A program made the position numbers and the translations under genes. A DNA stretch of 64,000 nt. It comes from an uncultured virus (IMG/VR IMGVR_UViG_3300021446_000040) (lineage: Duplodnaviria; Heunggongvirae; Uroviricota; Caudoviricetes). Each line of letters begins with the position of its first letter. Position 1 is the first letter of the stretch. Positions 10,062-19,588 of the stretch are shown here, one piece after another. Location: IMG/VR virus record IMGVR_UViG_3300021446_000040, one strand, 5' to 3'. The notes beneath the pieces were generated by a model. The model saw only the letters and a list, made by a program, of their open reading frames with translations, searched no databases and was not told the DNA's origin.

Positions 10062-10465
10062 GCCGCTTCGTCCGCTTCCGCGACCGAAACCGATCCGTCA
10101 GCGTTCGACGTAACATCGACGCCTTCGCCCATTAGACTTTCAAGCAACCGCGCGGGCAACAGCGGTTGCATGGACCGAACACCGTCGCCGTCCAAGCCCG
10201 AAAAGTCGGGCGAAATGAAGCGATCGCGGAAAATTTCAGCCATTTGGTCGGGCGTAATTTCCGCTTCGCCGTCGTCCGCGTTTCGCTGTCGCGCCGCGTT
10301 TTTCTTGCGGTAGTGATCGATGTATCCAAAGTCGATTAGTTCCGCGACGGCCTTACCCATGCCTTCGACCGCGACTTCTTGCGGCCCCTGTTCCTGTTGG
10401 GTATCTTCGAACGAAAAATCAGCTTCTAAGTTGTCTACTTCAGCCGGAACGTCAGAATCAGGCAT
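10052..10465 (-). CDS. Tail assembly chaperone (gpG-like)
   Basis: Lies between the tail tube and tape measure genes; ends GCG GGA AAC TGA. Confidence 0.75.
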   Translation of the reverse strand: MPDSDVPAEVDNLEADFSFEDTQQEQGPQEVAVEGMGKAVAELIDFGYIDHYRKKNAARQRNADDGEAEITPDQMAEIFRDRFISPDFSGLDGDGVRSMQPLLPARLLESLMGEGVDVTSNADGSVSVAEADEAAGN

Positions 10466-10562
10466 ACGCTATCAAAAAGCCGGGCGCATTTAAACGTTAG
10501 ATCGCCGCGTCAGACGACAAAGCGCCAGGTTTATACAGCCGCCGCTGTTCGGGGTAATTGCA

Positions 10563-10697
10563 ATGCGAAAACTTTGCAAAAGGCCGTTTTGCCCGAACCA
10601 GAACCGCGCGAACAGACACGGGGTTTCGCCCATGCGTGCCCCGTTCTGTTCGGAAAACTGTTTTCAGATTTGGCGCGAAGAAAACTTAGAAGATTAG
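10563..10697 (+). CDS. 44-aa Cys-rich micro-protein (CxxxxC...CxxxC)
   Basis: MRKLCKRPFCPN...PFCSENCFQIW after the GGTTTATAC..CCGCTGTTC..TAATTGCAATG module; below the ORF-track cutoff. Confidence 0.6.
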   Translation: MRKLCKRPFCPNQNRANRHGVSPMRAPFCSENCFQIWREENLED

Positions 10698-12103
10698 GGG
10701 CTTGGAAGCGTCGCGTCTAAGCCGGCTTCGCCGGACATAACGACGTATTCCATATCAAGCGCGTTTTCGCCGCCGGACCGCGACCGCGTGCTTTCCGACA
10801 TAGGCGCTTCAGGCGCTTCAAGGCGAAGGCTACCTTCCCGGTCGAACAGAACCGCAGTATCGATGTTTTCCTGTGCGGCCGTCTGTTTCATGCCCCTGTG
10901 CGAAAGCGTTTCGCCGTCGGCTTCCATGGTAATTTCGCCGGCCCGCATACCAGGAATGGCGCGCTGTTCGCGGCTTTGGTTAGTCGGCTGTTGCTCCGAA
11001 TCGTTTTCGATGCTAACTTCTATGTTGGTAACAGCGCCGGCGGCTTCGAACGCCCTGCCGTAAGGTCGTTCGACCAAAGCGTTCCCGACCGCAAAGTAGT
11101 CCGTGCCGGTGATCGTACCGCCGATTTCCGTGCCGTGACTACCGGACTGGCCAAGCGCGGGAACGCCATAGTCGCCGTGTGTGTTGTTATAGAAGCTGTA
11201 CCCGTACAGAACCGCAAGAAGCTGGCCTTCGCTATACGTGTCTACATTTCCGTCGCCGTCCGTATCTTCAGCGGTTGCTTCGTAGACAAGAATATCGCCC
11301 ATGTGATCGGCGACTTCATCGTTGCTGTTGACACGGACTTCAACCGATTCGATGCTTTCGAATTGGGACGTAGTACCTACGATCGCACTGGCGTCGTCCG
11401 CGTCCAAAGTGACCGTTTCGGTAGTGTTCGCGTCGTTCGATTCGATTTCCACACGCAGTTCGGTATCTGCGTTATTCGACGCGGCCATATCGCCGTGTTC
11501 GACCGCTTGGACGGCCAGGTACGTGTTCGAATCCGGCTGATCGATCTGGTAAGGCCGGCCCGTCTGACACATTAGCGTGCTTTCGCACGACCAATAGACT
11601 TCTTCCGGGTCGCCGGTAAGGGTCGCTTCGTCTACAGTCGCGCCGCGTGCGACCGTATACAAGTGCGTGTGTCGCGGCTGTGCGTTTCCGTCGTTTAGAT
11701 AGTCGAAATGAACGGTACTTTCCGCTTTGTTAGGGAACCCGTCGCCGTCCTTGTAGGTCTTGGCGGTTTCGACCAAGGTCACACTACCCGGCTGATGCCC
11801 GACTGCGGAACGGAACAGGCCATACGCGGACAGGTCGCTAAGTGTGCCGTCAGCGTTGTAGAACCAGCGCTGAAGGTCATACGTCAGCGTTAGCTCGTTT
11901 TCTTCCAAGCCGGCGGCATACGCATGATCGTGCTGGCCAAGGCCGTCCTTTTCGACCGAATCCGGGCCAAATTCGGGTTCAAATTCGGTGATCCGGTCCG
12001 AAACAAGCTGAAAGTCCGGGTTCGTGGGCGTAACGCCTTCCGTATCTTCTTCGACAAATTCGATACGCGAAGGTCGTAGACCCCCTTCGATGTTAGCTGG
12101 CAT
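10694..12103 (-). CDS. Major tail tube protein
   Basis: N-terminal RIEFVEEDTEGVTPTNPDF motif as in haloviral tail tubes; follows the neck genes; AAGGAG upstream. Confidence 0.8.
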   Translation of the reverse strand: MPANIEGGLRPSRIEFVEEDTEGVTPTNPDFQLVSDRITEFEPEFGPDSVEKDGLGQHDHAYAAGLEENELTLTYDLQRWFYNADGTLSDLSAYGLFRSAVGHQPGSVTLVETAKTYKDGDGFPNKAESTVHFDYLNDGNAQPRHTHLYTVARGATVDEATLTGDPEEVYWSCESTLMCQTGRPYQIDQPDSNTYLAVQAVEHGDMAASNNADTELRVEIESNDANTTETVTLDADDASAIVGTTSQFESIESVEVRVNSNDEVADHMGDILVYEATAEDTDGDGNVDTYSEGQLLAVLYGYSFYNNTHGDYGVPALGQSGSHGTEIGGTITGTDYFAVGNALVERPYGRAFEAAGAVTNIEVSIENDSEQQPTNQSREQRAIPGMRAGEITMEADGETLSHRGMKQTAAQENIDTAVLFDREGSLRLEAPEAPMSESTRSRSGGENALDMEYVVMSGEAGLDATLPSP

Positions 12104-12157
12104 TGATATGTTTGCTCCTTATCGAAGATAGATTAATCGCCGCGTTTAAACGCTGGC

Positions 12158-12670
12158 CTAATTCTGCCGGCGGATACCGTACCCAAGTTCGACAACCGCA
12201 AAGTAGTGCTGTGGGTCGGTAAGGTCCGGGTCGCGGCGCACGAACGGGAACGTCAGCGGTTCAAAGTCCATAGTCAGCGCTTCGTCCGGGTTATCTGGAT
12301 CGGGAACGCCGATCGAATTATCATGGGCGATTTCCCGAATGTGCGTAGCGATCGCTGAAGAAACCCTGCCGGCGTCGTAGTAGTCGCGTTCGGGCGTTCG
12401 GTCGCGCGTCGTATGCGCGCCGCCAAAGACCTGTGCATCCAGGCGATTCGTGTAGTCATAGACCAAGCCTTCAGGCCCAAGCCCGGAAGCGCCGCCGGCG
12501 CTTGAAGCGCCTGTAAGCGTGACAGTCGGGTAGTCACCGCCTTCTTCGCGGCCAAGGGTAATCGATACGTCCGCTTGATCGCCCGCTTCTAAGCCTTCTA
12601 CAGCGGCCGAATCCCACGAATTAATCAACAGCCGCCGGATCGCCGATCTAATTTCGTAGTTCGTAGTCAT
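12158..12670 (-). CDS. Putative tail terminator / neck protein
   Basis: Size and position immediately before the tail tube. Confidence 0.55.
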   Translation of the reverse strand: MTTNYEIRSAIRRLLINSWDSAAVEGLEAGDQADVSITLGREEGGDYPTVTLTGASSAGGASGLGPEGLVYDYTNRLDAQVFGGAHTTRDRTPERDYYDAGRVSSAIATHIREIAHDNSIGVPDPDNPDEALTMDFEPLTFPFVRRDPDLTDPQHYFAVVELGYGIRRQN

Positions 12671-12673
12671 GGT

Positions 12674-13057
12674 TTAGCTTTCGTCCGTGTACCGCACGCA
12701 GTCACATTCAAGAATCCCGCTTTGCCGGTCAACGACGCGCAAGATTTCATACCGATCGCCGCCCACTGGTTCCGGCCGGTCGTCCTGAATTACGTCGTCC
12801 GGCGCTGGATATACGTCAGCCGCGTTTAGTTCCGCGACACTTAGCCTGATTGTAAGGTCGCTTTCTACCGTATCGCCGTCCGGGTTAACGACCTGGCTTG
12901 GCTGATTCGTGACTTCTACCCGCATACTAACCGCCGTTTTCGTCGTATCGTACTGCGGTCGCCCGCTTTCGGGGTGTGTGCCGGTCTGTTCTTTGCGAAT
13001 CAGCATACCAGGGAAGGCAAATTCGTCGTGGACTTCTTGAACCGCGTCGGTATCCAT
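12674..13057 (-). CDS. Putative head closure protein
   Basis: Beta-rich, DDVI..RYEILRV..ILECDC pattern; position in the neck cluster. Confidence 0.55.
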   Translation of the reverse strand: MDTDAVQEVHDEFAFPGMLIRKEQTGTHPESGRPQYDTTKTAVSMRVEVTNQPSQVVNPDGDTVESDLTIRLSVAELNAADVYPAPDDVIQDDRPEPVGGDRYEILRVVDRQSGILECDCVRYTDES

Positions 13058-13097
13058 ACGTATCTTTCATGCGTCTGTCGCCTAAAGCTTTGCGTCG

Positions 13098-13439
13098 CTA
13101 CTTTTTCACTGGCGGGGCGTAGCTTCCCCGCAGTTTTCCGGTGTCCACTGGCGCGCGGGCTTGTACGCGCGACGCCAAATCAGCCGCCGCCGATTTCAGC
13201 GCGCCGTCCAAGGTCGCGGCTGTCCTGAAGTATTTGTCAATGTCGCCGCGAAGCGCGTCGGTCGCTGGCCGTAAGTGGGGCTGTTTCGGCATTTTATAGG
13301 TGCCGTATTCTACATGGATCGCATAGTAAACTGGCGATCCGACCGCGTAGGTCGGTTCATCCATCGACTGAAAGGTTTGCTGATAGTCGCGGAAGTCAGA
13401 CAGCCATGCGCTGTACCCAATAAGGTCAACGAACCCCAT
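13098..13439 (-). CDS. HK97 gp10-like neck/tail component
   Basis: YAIHVEYGTYKMPKQPHLRPA and APVDTGKLRGS motifs. Confidence 0.85.
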   Translation of the reverse strand: MGFVDLIGYSAWLSDFRDYQQTFQSMDEPTYAVGSPVYYAIHVEYGTYKMPKQPHLRPATDALRGDIDKYFRTAATLDGALKSAAADLASRVQARAPVDTGKLRGSYAPPVKK

Positions 13440-13542
13440 GCGGTCTATGGTTGACCTGGCCGCAAAAAGACGCTATCGACGGGTTTATATTTGTCCGGCT
13501 GTTCTACCCAACTGTCGCGTGCGAAGCCGCGCGGCGCAAACC

Positions 13543-14049
13543 ATGCAAACAGCATACGATTCGGCAGTTCGATCGATCAAGAATCACCCGGATATAGACC
13601 GCGAATCCGTAACGCCATACGGCAGGTTCGACGGGGAAATCGCCGCGACGCTTGGAAACGTCCAAGACTACGAAACCGCCGCGCGCATGGTAGCGACCCA
13701 TGCTGGCGTCAGCGTTGCCCGCGTAACCCCGGAAGGCCGTGTTCACTTTAACGCCGCTGTGATCAAGAAATCCAGCGGGGAAGTAGAAATAGAAGTTATG
13801 ACACCACAACAGTACCGCGACGCCAAATACCATGCCGCGAACCTTGGCCTTCAGGTCGAAGATACGGAAGTCCTTGGCGAATGGGAACACGTTACCGACG
13901 GCATGGTTCATGCTGTCACGCACGACGACCGCGCTGAAGTCGTCCAAGTCGGCAAAGAAAACTTCTACATAGAAGTCGATAGCGTAATGAAGTGCGAATC
14001 CGTCGGTCGCGGCCGGCGCGCTGGCCGGGTAGAAGTGACCTTCAGTTAG
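13543..14049 (+). CDS. Hypothetical protein with N-terminal GEI...GRLYF-family domain
   Basis: DGEIAATL..DYE....VSVARV..EGRVHF; TATA, hairpin and CAAACCATG leader. Confidence 0.75.
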   Translation: MQTAYDSAVRSIKNHPDIDRESVTPYGRFDGEIAATLGNVQDYETAARMVATHAGVSVARVTPEGRVHFNAAVIKKSSGEVEIEVMTPQQYRDAKYHAANLGLQVEDTEVLGEWEHVTDGMVHAVTHDDRAEVVQVGKENFYIEVDSVMKCESVGRGRRAGRVEVTFS

Positions 14050-14432
14050 ATAACGAAGCCGCCGACTGTTTTCTGAAACAGCCGGTTCGACGTGTCCCAC
14101 CTGGCGGCTAATTCCGCGAACTTTCCTGTATCGTCGCCTTCGAAATAGGTGATCGCTTCCGGCCCGGTTTTCACCTTCTTTTTGCGTCCGCCGCCGGTAT
14201 CAGCATAAAGGTAGTCAGCGGCCAGGAACGCGACGGCAGTATCAAAGGTATACGACGTTACCCGGTCGTAGATTCGCGGGCCGGCGAAATTGACAGCGGC
14301 TTCTATCGCGTCTGAAATCTTCGAATCGCCGTCAGCCGTATCTTCGGGCGGCTGTTCGCCTTCGGCGCGAAACACGTCGCGCACGTCGCCGACGGTTACG
14401 TTGTGGTCATACGATCCAGGTGCAACGGACAT
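14046..14432 (-). CDS. Putative head-tail adaptor
   Basis: VTVGDVR..ISDAIEAA..AVAFLAA..ITY pattern; first minus-strand gene after the major capsid gene. Confidence 0.6.
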   Translation of the reverse strand: MSVAPGSYDHNVTVGDVRDVFRAEGEQPPEDTADGDSKISDAIEAAVNFAGPRIYDRVTSYTFDTAVAFLAADYLYADTGGGRKKKVKTGPEAITYFEGDDTGKFAELAARWDTSNRLFQKTVGGFVI

Positions 14433-14491
14433 ACGTAACTGGTATAGCCTGCGCAAATAAACTTATATGCGTCCGGTGTGTGCGTTGTACT

Positions 14492-14824
14492 ATGGGCCTA
14501 CAAGAACCCCATAGTTCGCGGGAAGTCGCGGAAGCAACGGACCGTGTGTTAGATAACGAAGAAGCGAACGAACAGGCGTCGCTTGGCCAAGAAGCGGTCG
14601 CGGACGAACCGGATAAAACCGGCGGCTTCGGCGCGCGCTTTCCGAAGCTGAAGGCAGTCGGCCGCGTGCTGTTGGCCTGGATCACCGGATCGATCTTGGT
14701 CGCGCTTGTGGTCTACCTGGCCGGCTTGTCCTTGGCCGCGTTCACACCGCCGGCGCAAATTACCATGGTTATCATTAGCACGGTAATCATGTACTACGTG
14801 TTTCGGAACCGCACGCGCTTCTAA
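14492..14824 (+). CDS. Membrane protein (2 TM)
   Basis: Two hydrophobic segments; TTATA ~25 nt upstream. Confidence 0.65.
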   Translation: MGLQEPHSSREVAEATDRVLDNEEANEQASLGQEAVADEPDKTGGFGARFPKLKAVGRVLLAWITGSILVALVVYLAGLSLAAFTPPAQITMVIISTVIMYYVFRNRTRF

Positions 14825-14829
14825 GGCCA

Positions 14830-15018
14830 GTGCAACGACAGCATTTTTTCGACGTAATGTGGGTGATCGTAACCCTGAATATGGGGATTTTTGTAGTCGT
14901 GCCAGCGCTAATTCTAACCCCCATGCCCCTAACCCATCCGACGGTCATGCTTCAGACGGGCTTGGTTTTAGCGACGGCTGTGTTCGTCGCGTTCGCGCTG
15001 AAAAAAGGTGTGGTCTAA
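14830..15018 (+). CDS. Small membrane protein (2 TM)
   Basis: Hydrophobic 62-aa ORF following the previous one. Confidence 0.55.
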   Translation: MQRQHFFDVMWVIVTLNMGIFVVVPALILTPMPLTHPTVMLQTGLVLATAVFVAFALKKGVV

Positions 15019-15053
15019 GCTACTGTTCGTCGCGCTAAAGCGCGCGGCGCGCC

Positions 15054-15917
15054 TTAGTTTCCGATCCGAATACCGGCGTTCGGGAACGTGTCGGTGAAAC
15101 CGACAAGCCCGTACATCTGGATACCGACCCGAACCTGTCGTTTCGGGTCGTCGTAGTCGTCTACAGTCGGGGCGACCCATTCGGCTTCGCGGCCGAAATA
15201 CTGCGGGTCGATCAAGTAGGCGTCGCCCGAACCCATGTTGATCATGGGTGAACTGGACGTATAGACGTTCGCAAGACCGGCGATCGAACCGACGCGACCG
15301 TTTCGGATCACGTCGTCGCCGGTATCAGTCGCGTGCGTAAATTCATCCAGTTTGCGGATGCTTGCAAGCCCCTGATTTCCGACGTAAATCTGCGTCGGTG
15401 CAAATTCGCCGTCGTCGCTGTCACGAACACGCGCGTCAGCGTCTACGACATCTTCGTAGGTGATACCGCCGTTAGCACCGCTTGGGGCGATCGCCGCATG
15501 ATCGTTGCCCGCAAGACCCGCCTGGAGCGCGTCGAAGGCGACCCGATCCATGGTAAGACCGACGCGGTTTAGCTTCCGGTTTGCTTCGATAAGGGTTTCC
15601 CCTGCGGCATCATCAAGTTCGGCTTCCATCGTAATTTCATACGACTCACCGTACTTGTGCCGGGTAACACGGACCTTCCGCCGCTCGCCGTCACGCGAAG
15701 GAAATTCCGCGCCTTCTTGGACGATTTCGATTTCTTTTTCGTCGTAGGCCCCATCTTCGACGTAGAACGAAAATTCATCGTCGTTGACGCCCGAAACGTC
15801 CTGTTCCTGAAAGGCGTTACGGAACACGGAATTATGATCAACGCTTTCCAACAGCACAGCGTTGACCATATCCGGGTCCGTAAGAATATCCGTTGTAAGC
15901 TCTGGTTGATCTGCCAT
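15054..15917 (-). CDS. Major capsid protein (HK97 fold)
   Basis: VQEGAEFP, KYGESYEITME and NGRVGSIAGLANVYTS motifs; follows the scaffold and decoration genes. Confidence 0.88.
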   Translation of the reverse strand: MADQPELTTDILTDPDMVNAVLLESVDHNSVFRNAFQEQDVSGVNDDEFSFYVEDGAYDEKEIEIVQEGAEFPSRDGERRKVRVTRHKYGESYEITMEAELDDAAGETLIEANRKLNRVGLTMDRVAFDALQAGLAGNDHAAIAPSGANGGITYEDVVDADARVRDSDDGEFAPTQIYVGNQGLASIRKLDEFTHATDTGDDVIRNGRVGSIAGLANVYTSSSPMINMGSGDAYLIDPQYFGREAEWVAPTVDDYDDPKRQVRVGIQMYGLVGFTDTFPNAGIRIGN

Positions 15918-15961
15918 TATAGTAAGTCTTTTTTGGTTGCTTTTAAATTATTAGTGTGACT

Positions 15962-16381
15962 TTACCGGATTAGAACCAGGCCATGACCGTCAGCGCCGGG
16001 CGCGGCCATAAGAAGCCCGTCAAGCCCGGAAGCGCCGCTTTCGCCGTCGCGGGTCGGTCGTAGTTCGCCGCCGTTTCCGTTCGGCACAAGCGTCGCGGGC
16101 GCTTCGGTCGCGGTTCCGGCGTTCCCGTCGCCAGTATCGTCGTAGTCCGAAGCGACGCGGGCGTTGCGCGCGCCCTTCATTTCGACAGCAACGTATTCGC
16201 CGCCGCCCGGCTTCGACTTGGGCGGTCCCTGTGCAAGACCGTGCCAGTCTTCGCCGTCCTGGTCAGCGACGCGAACCGTGCGGTCGCCGACAAGAACCAG
16301 CGCGTCGTTTTCGTTCACTTCAGCCGATCCGTCCGCCACATCACAGGTAACGACCTGTGCTTCGGAAAATTCACCGTGCAT
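15962..16381 (-). CDS. Capsid decoration/stabilisation protein
   Basis: Small Gly-rich beta protein between the scaffold and capsid genes. Confidence 0.6.
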   Translation of the reverse strand: MHGEFSEAQVVTCDVADGSAEVNENDALVLVGDRTVRVADQDGEDWHGLAQGPPKSKPGGGEYVAVEMKGARNARVASDYDDTGDGNAGTATEAPATLVPNGNGGELRPTRDGESGASGLDGLLMAAPGADGHGLVLIR

Positions 16382-16942
16382 TTAGTTATCCCCCTTGATA
16401 GCGTCGATCTTGTCACGCGCGACTTCAGCCGCCGCGTCCCAATGGTCGCCATCCATGTTTTCGGCGTGTTCCGCGCGGGCTTCAAGCGCCGCGACCTGTT
16501 CCTGTTCGTCGTCCGTAAGCGTCGAACCGCCGCCGGTAGCGCCGGTCTGTGAAACGCCGCCGCCGGACGAACCGACAGCATCCGAACCGCCGCCCATGCC
16601 GTCGTCCGACGTTTCGCCGTCGCCTGCCGAATCGTCCAAAAGATCGCTAAGGTCGCCTGCGTAAGCGTCCTGAATCTCAGCAGGCGACATATCGCCCACA
16701 AAGTCGTCCGAAAGCCCCGTCTGTTCGGACAGCGCCGCCTGAAGCGTATCGACAAGCGGATTCATGGCGTCAACCTGGCTTCGAAGGTCGTCGCGTTCAT
16801 CTTCCGCTTCCGAAAGCGACGCCTTCAGGTCGTCTACCTTGTCCGCTTTGTCCTGTGCGTCGGAAAGCGACGCTTTCAGCGCGTCGTACTTATCTTCGGG
16901 GATTTCAACCGTGCCGTTATCCCGCGTAACTGTATCAGACAT
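16382..16942 (-). CDS. Scaffolding protein
   Basis: Acidic coiled coil with a Gly-rich linker; TAAGGAG upstream; lies between the protease and capsid genes. Confidence 0.65.
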   Translation of the reverse strand: MSDTVTRDNGTVEIPEDKYDALKASLSDAQDKADKVDDLKASLSEAEDERDDLRSQVDAMNPLVDTLQAALSEQTGLSDDFVGDMSPAEIQDAYAGDLSDLLDDSAGDGETSDDGMGGGSDAVGSSGGGVSQTGATGGGSTLTDDEQEQVAALEARAEHAENMDGDHWDAAAEVARDKIDAIKGDN

Positions 16943-17057
16943 TACTATCTCCTTACGGTTCCCGGTTATTCGGCTGTTTTAAAGCTTTCTTTACGTTCGC
17001 GCCGCGCGCGAACGTGTGAAAGTAAATACTTATACGAACGCGCCAGGAAAACGCCGT

Positions 17058-17567
17058 ATGGCGTCAGCGTCGAACCTTAGCGGCGAAGGCAAATCTTATG
17101 ACACACAGTCTGAAGAAGCGCGCGCCTTTAAATTTCTTAGCCGCCATATGCAGTTAGGACACGTCGAACCATACGGTACGGTCGTTCATCCAGACGGCGC
17201 TTATTATCGAAATGGCGAAAAAGAACACGCGGGTTATGTAGAAGTCGCCCGCGCGCTGAATAACAGTCCGTACAGTTGGATCGACGGCGCTTTACCGCGT
17301 GACAAGTGGTACTTTATCAGCATACCGGCAAAGCGAATCAATGGCAAACCGACCGAAAAAAGCGTGTTCGTAAAGTTCAACCACAGCATGAATAACTGTT
17401 TTGCGATCCACCTGGATAAAGTACCACGAAAATTGACGCCGCGTTCAAAAGACGCGAATGGCGACGCTGATAGAAACTTCTACACAGTCGAATTTGAAAA
17501 CAACAGCTACGTTACGGGGATTAAAAACGCCGCACGGCTGATAGAAGCGTCCTTTTTCGACGGCTAA
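17058..17567 (+). CDS. Hypothetical protein, possible PD-(D/E)XK-like nuclease
   Basis: SEE..HPDG...YVEV pattern; less acidic and more AT-rich than neighbours; antisense insert in the head module. Confidence 0.45.
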   Translation: MASASNLSGEGKSYDTQSEEARAFKFLSRHMQLGHVEPYGTVVHPDGAYYRNGEKEHAGYVEVARALNNSPYSWIDGALPRDKWYFISIPAKRINGKPTEKSVFVKFNHSMNNCFAIHLDKVPRKLTPRSKDANGDADRNFYTVEFENNSYVTGIKNAARLIEASFFDG

Positions 17568-17573
17568 TTATAT

Positions 17574-18287
17574 CTAATTAACGACGATCCGGTTCGGGTC
17601 GGGCTGTTCTTCCAAGACAACGTTAATATCGCGGCCCATTTCATCGAACAGAACGCCGGCGGCTTCAGCGAACGCTTGGGGTTCTATGTCGTATTCCTGG
17701 CCAAGCGAAACCAGGGTTTCCCGGTCGATCGGCATTTCCCCGACTTCCAAGCTGATTTCCGCGTTCGCTTCGGCCAGCGCCGCCGAAAGCGCGGGGTTGT
17801 TTTCGACGCCGCCGGGCGCTGTATAATTTGCTTTCGAAGCGCCCGAAGCGTCGCCAGGTAGCGCGGAAATCCTGTCGTAGACGTAATCAGTCATAAACGG
17901 AACGCCGGTTTCCGTGTGTTCGATATGGTTTTCATCGGGAACAGACGCTTCTAAGGACGTGTCTACGCCGCCGGTAGACAGCGCCGCCGCGATAGGTTTG
18001 CTTTCGACTTCAGCCGAATAGAACGTGCCTAAGCCGTCCTTGTAGCCGGCTTCGGTCACTTCCCCCACGTCGATCGCCTGGCCTTCGTGCATGACCGCAA
18101 AAGGTTTGCCGACAAGCGTATCAGCCGCCTTTTCCTGTTCTTCAGCCGGCCAGTGTTTCTTTCCGTGCTTGCCGGTCGTCGTTTCATCTTCCCCAAGGAT
18201 AACGCCATGCACTTCATGCGGTTCGTCGTCCCCTTCGGCCAGGGTAGCGCGAAGGTCGTCCGTGACAAATTCGAAAGTTTCGGTCAT
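17574..18287 (-). CDS. Putative prohead protease
   Basis: VHGVILGE..HWPAEE..AADTLVGKP..MH..VGEV..TSLE..GAS pattern; upstream of the scaffold and capsid genes. Confidence 0.7.
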   Translation of the reverse strand: MTETFEFVTDDLRATLAEGDDEPHEVHGVILGEDETTTGKHGKKHWPAEEQEKAADTLVGKPFAVMHEGQAIDVGEVTEAGYKDGLGTFYSAEVESKPIAAALSTGGVDTSLEASVPDENHIEHTETGVPFMTDYVYDRISALPGDASGASKANYTAPGGVENNPALSAALAEANAEISLEVGEMPIDRETLVSLGQEYDIEPQAFAEAAGVLFDEMGRDINVVLEEQPDPNRIVVN

Positions 18288-18317
18288 ACTTACGACATAG
18301 CTTTCAGCGCATAAAAA

Positions 18318-18632
18318 TCAGGCGGCTTCGAAAAGAATGTTCGACGCGCGCTGTGCGCGCCGCTTCTTTGCGTCTTTGGCGTCGCTGAAAAGGATTTCAA
18401 ACAGGCCCATCCAGATTAGGTTTGCTTCTTGGCGTGACAGTTCGACGCGCTGTTCTTCAGGCATCCACACGTCGGTTTCGTTCTTTAGCTTTCGGCGTAG
18501 TCGTGCGATCCGAATACGGGTCACTGCCGGATCGCCTAAGTGTTTATACGAAACCGGCAGTTGATCAAGCACGTCGCGGAAATACCAGAACACGCGGCCA
18601 GGCGCGTTTACCGTTAATGTCTGTTCGACCAT
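18318..18632 (-). CDS. Hypothetical protein, paralog of 18680-19015
   Basis: APGRVF..FRDVL..LRRKL..VEL..W.G..KRRAQRA. Confidence 0.7.
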   Translation of the reverse strand: MVEQTLTVNAPGRVFWYFRDVLDQLPVSYKHLGDPAVTRIRIARLRRKLKNETDVWMPEEQRVELSRQEANLIWMGLFEILFSDAKDAKKRRAQRASNILFEAA

Positions 18633-18679
18633 GTTTTAGCTAACACGGCCAAACGAAAATAAGTAACGGCGTTCAACGG

Positions 18680-19015
18680 TTACTGTGCTTCAGCCGGCGC
18701 GTCAGCTTCGGAAAAGACCAAGTGATCGGCCGCACGGTGTGCGCGCTTTCGGGCGCGCCGCGAATCGTTATCAAAGATAATGTCGGAAATGCCCGACCAC
18801 AGCAGATCGATTTCCGGGTCGGTTAGTTCGACAGTGTGCAAGCCGTCAGCCCATCCGTTCGTCCTGTTCGAAAGCTTGTGTCGTAGTTCGGTTGCCGCTT
18901 TGCGGCTGATTTGCGGGTCGTTGTATTCGCGGTACGTGCGTCGTAGCACGCCCAAGGCGTCGCGGTACGTTCGGAACACGGACGCAGGCGCTTCGATTTC
19001 AGTAGTTTCGACCAT
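18680..19015 (-). CDS. Hypothetical protein, paralog of 18318-18632
   Basis: APASVF..YRDAL..LRHKL..VEL..W.G..RKRAHRA; TATA, hairpin and CAAACCATG leader. Confidence 0.7.
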   Translation of the reverse strand: MVETTEIEAPASVFRTYRDALGVLRRTYREYNDPQISRKAATELRHKLSNRTNGWADGLHTVELTDPEIDLLWSGISDIIFDNDSRRARKRAHRAADHLVFSEADAPAEAQ

Positions 19016-19086
19016 GGTTTGTGTCGCGCGCTTCTTTGCCCGCGACAATTAACCAGAACGCCCGGAAGAATATAAACTTGTCGTAT

Positions 19087-19563
19087 TCAGTTTTCCTTTT
19101 CTTCGTTCATGCCAGGCCACCCGTCAGCCTGGCGCTTCAGTTGGCCTAAGTCGCGTTGCATATCGTCAGCTTCGTAGCCCGTCGCGGTGTTTTCAGGCGT
19201 TCCGTCGCCGTCTACGTCGATCGACATATGCTTGAAGCCGTTATACAGCGCGTCGTATTTGCCGCCCTTGTATTTGCGAAGCGCGTTCGATACGATGTTA
19301 TCCAGCAGGCCTACGATGGGCGTGTAGGCCGCTATCTGTGCGCCGTAACTGGCTTGTGACAGCGGTTCGCCGGCCAGCGCGTTCCCCAAGCCGATCACAA
19401 CTGAAACGGCCAACAGCGACGCAAAGCGCGGCACGTCGAACGGTTCCCCGGTTTGCCAGTAGTTGTTTGCGAAGCGCCAGGTTCCCCAAAACACAGCCGC
19501 CGCGATCGTTGTAAGAAAGGCATCCAGGCCAGTACCGTGTAGGCCCGACAGCAGTTCGTGCAT
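19087..19563 (-). CDS. Membrane protein (holin-like topology)
   Basis: Two or three TM segments followed by an acidic tail. Confidence 0.6.
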   Translation of the reverse strand: MHELLSGLHGTGLDAFLTTIAAAVFWGTWRFANNYWQTGEPFDVPRFASLLAVSVVIGLGNALAGEPLSQASYGAQIAAYTPIVGLLDNIVSNALRKYKGGKYDALYNGFKHMSIDVDGDGTPENTATGYEADDMQRDLGQLKRQADGWPGMNEEKEN

Positions 19564-19588
19564 AGGTTACTTGGGTCTACACAAGCGT

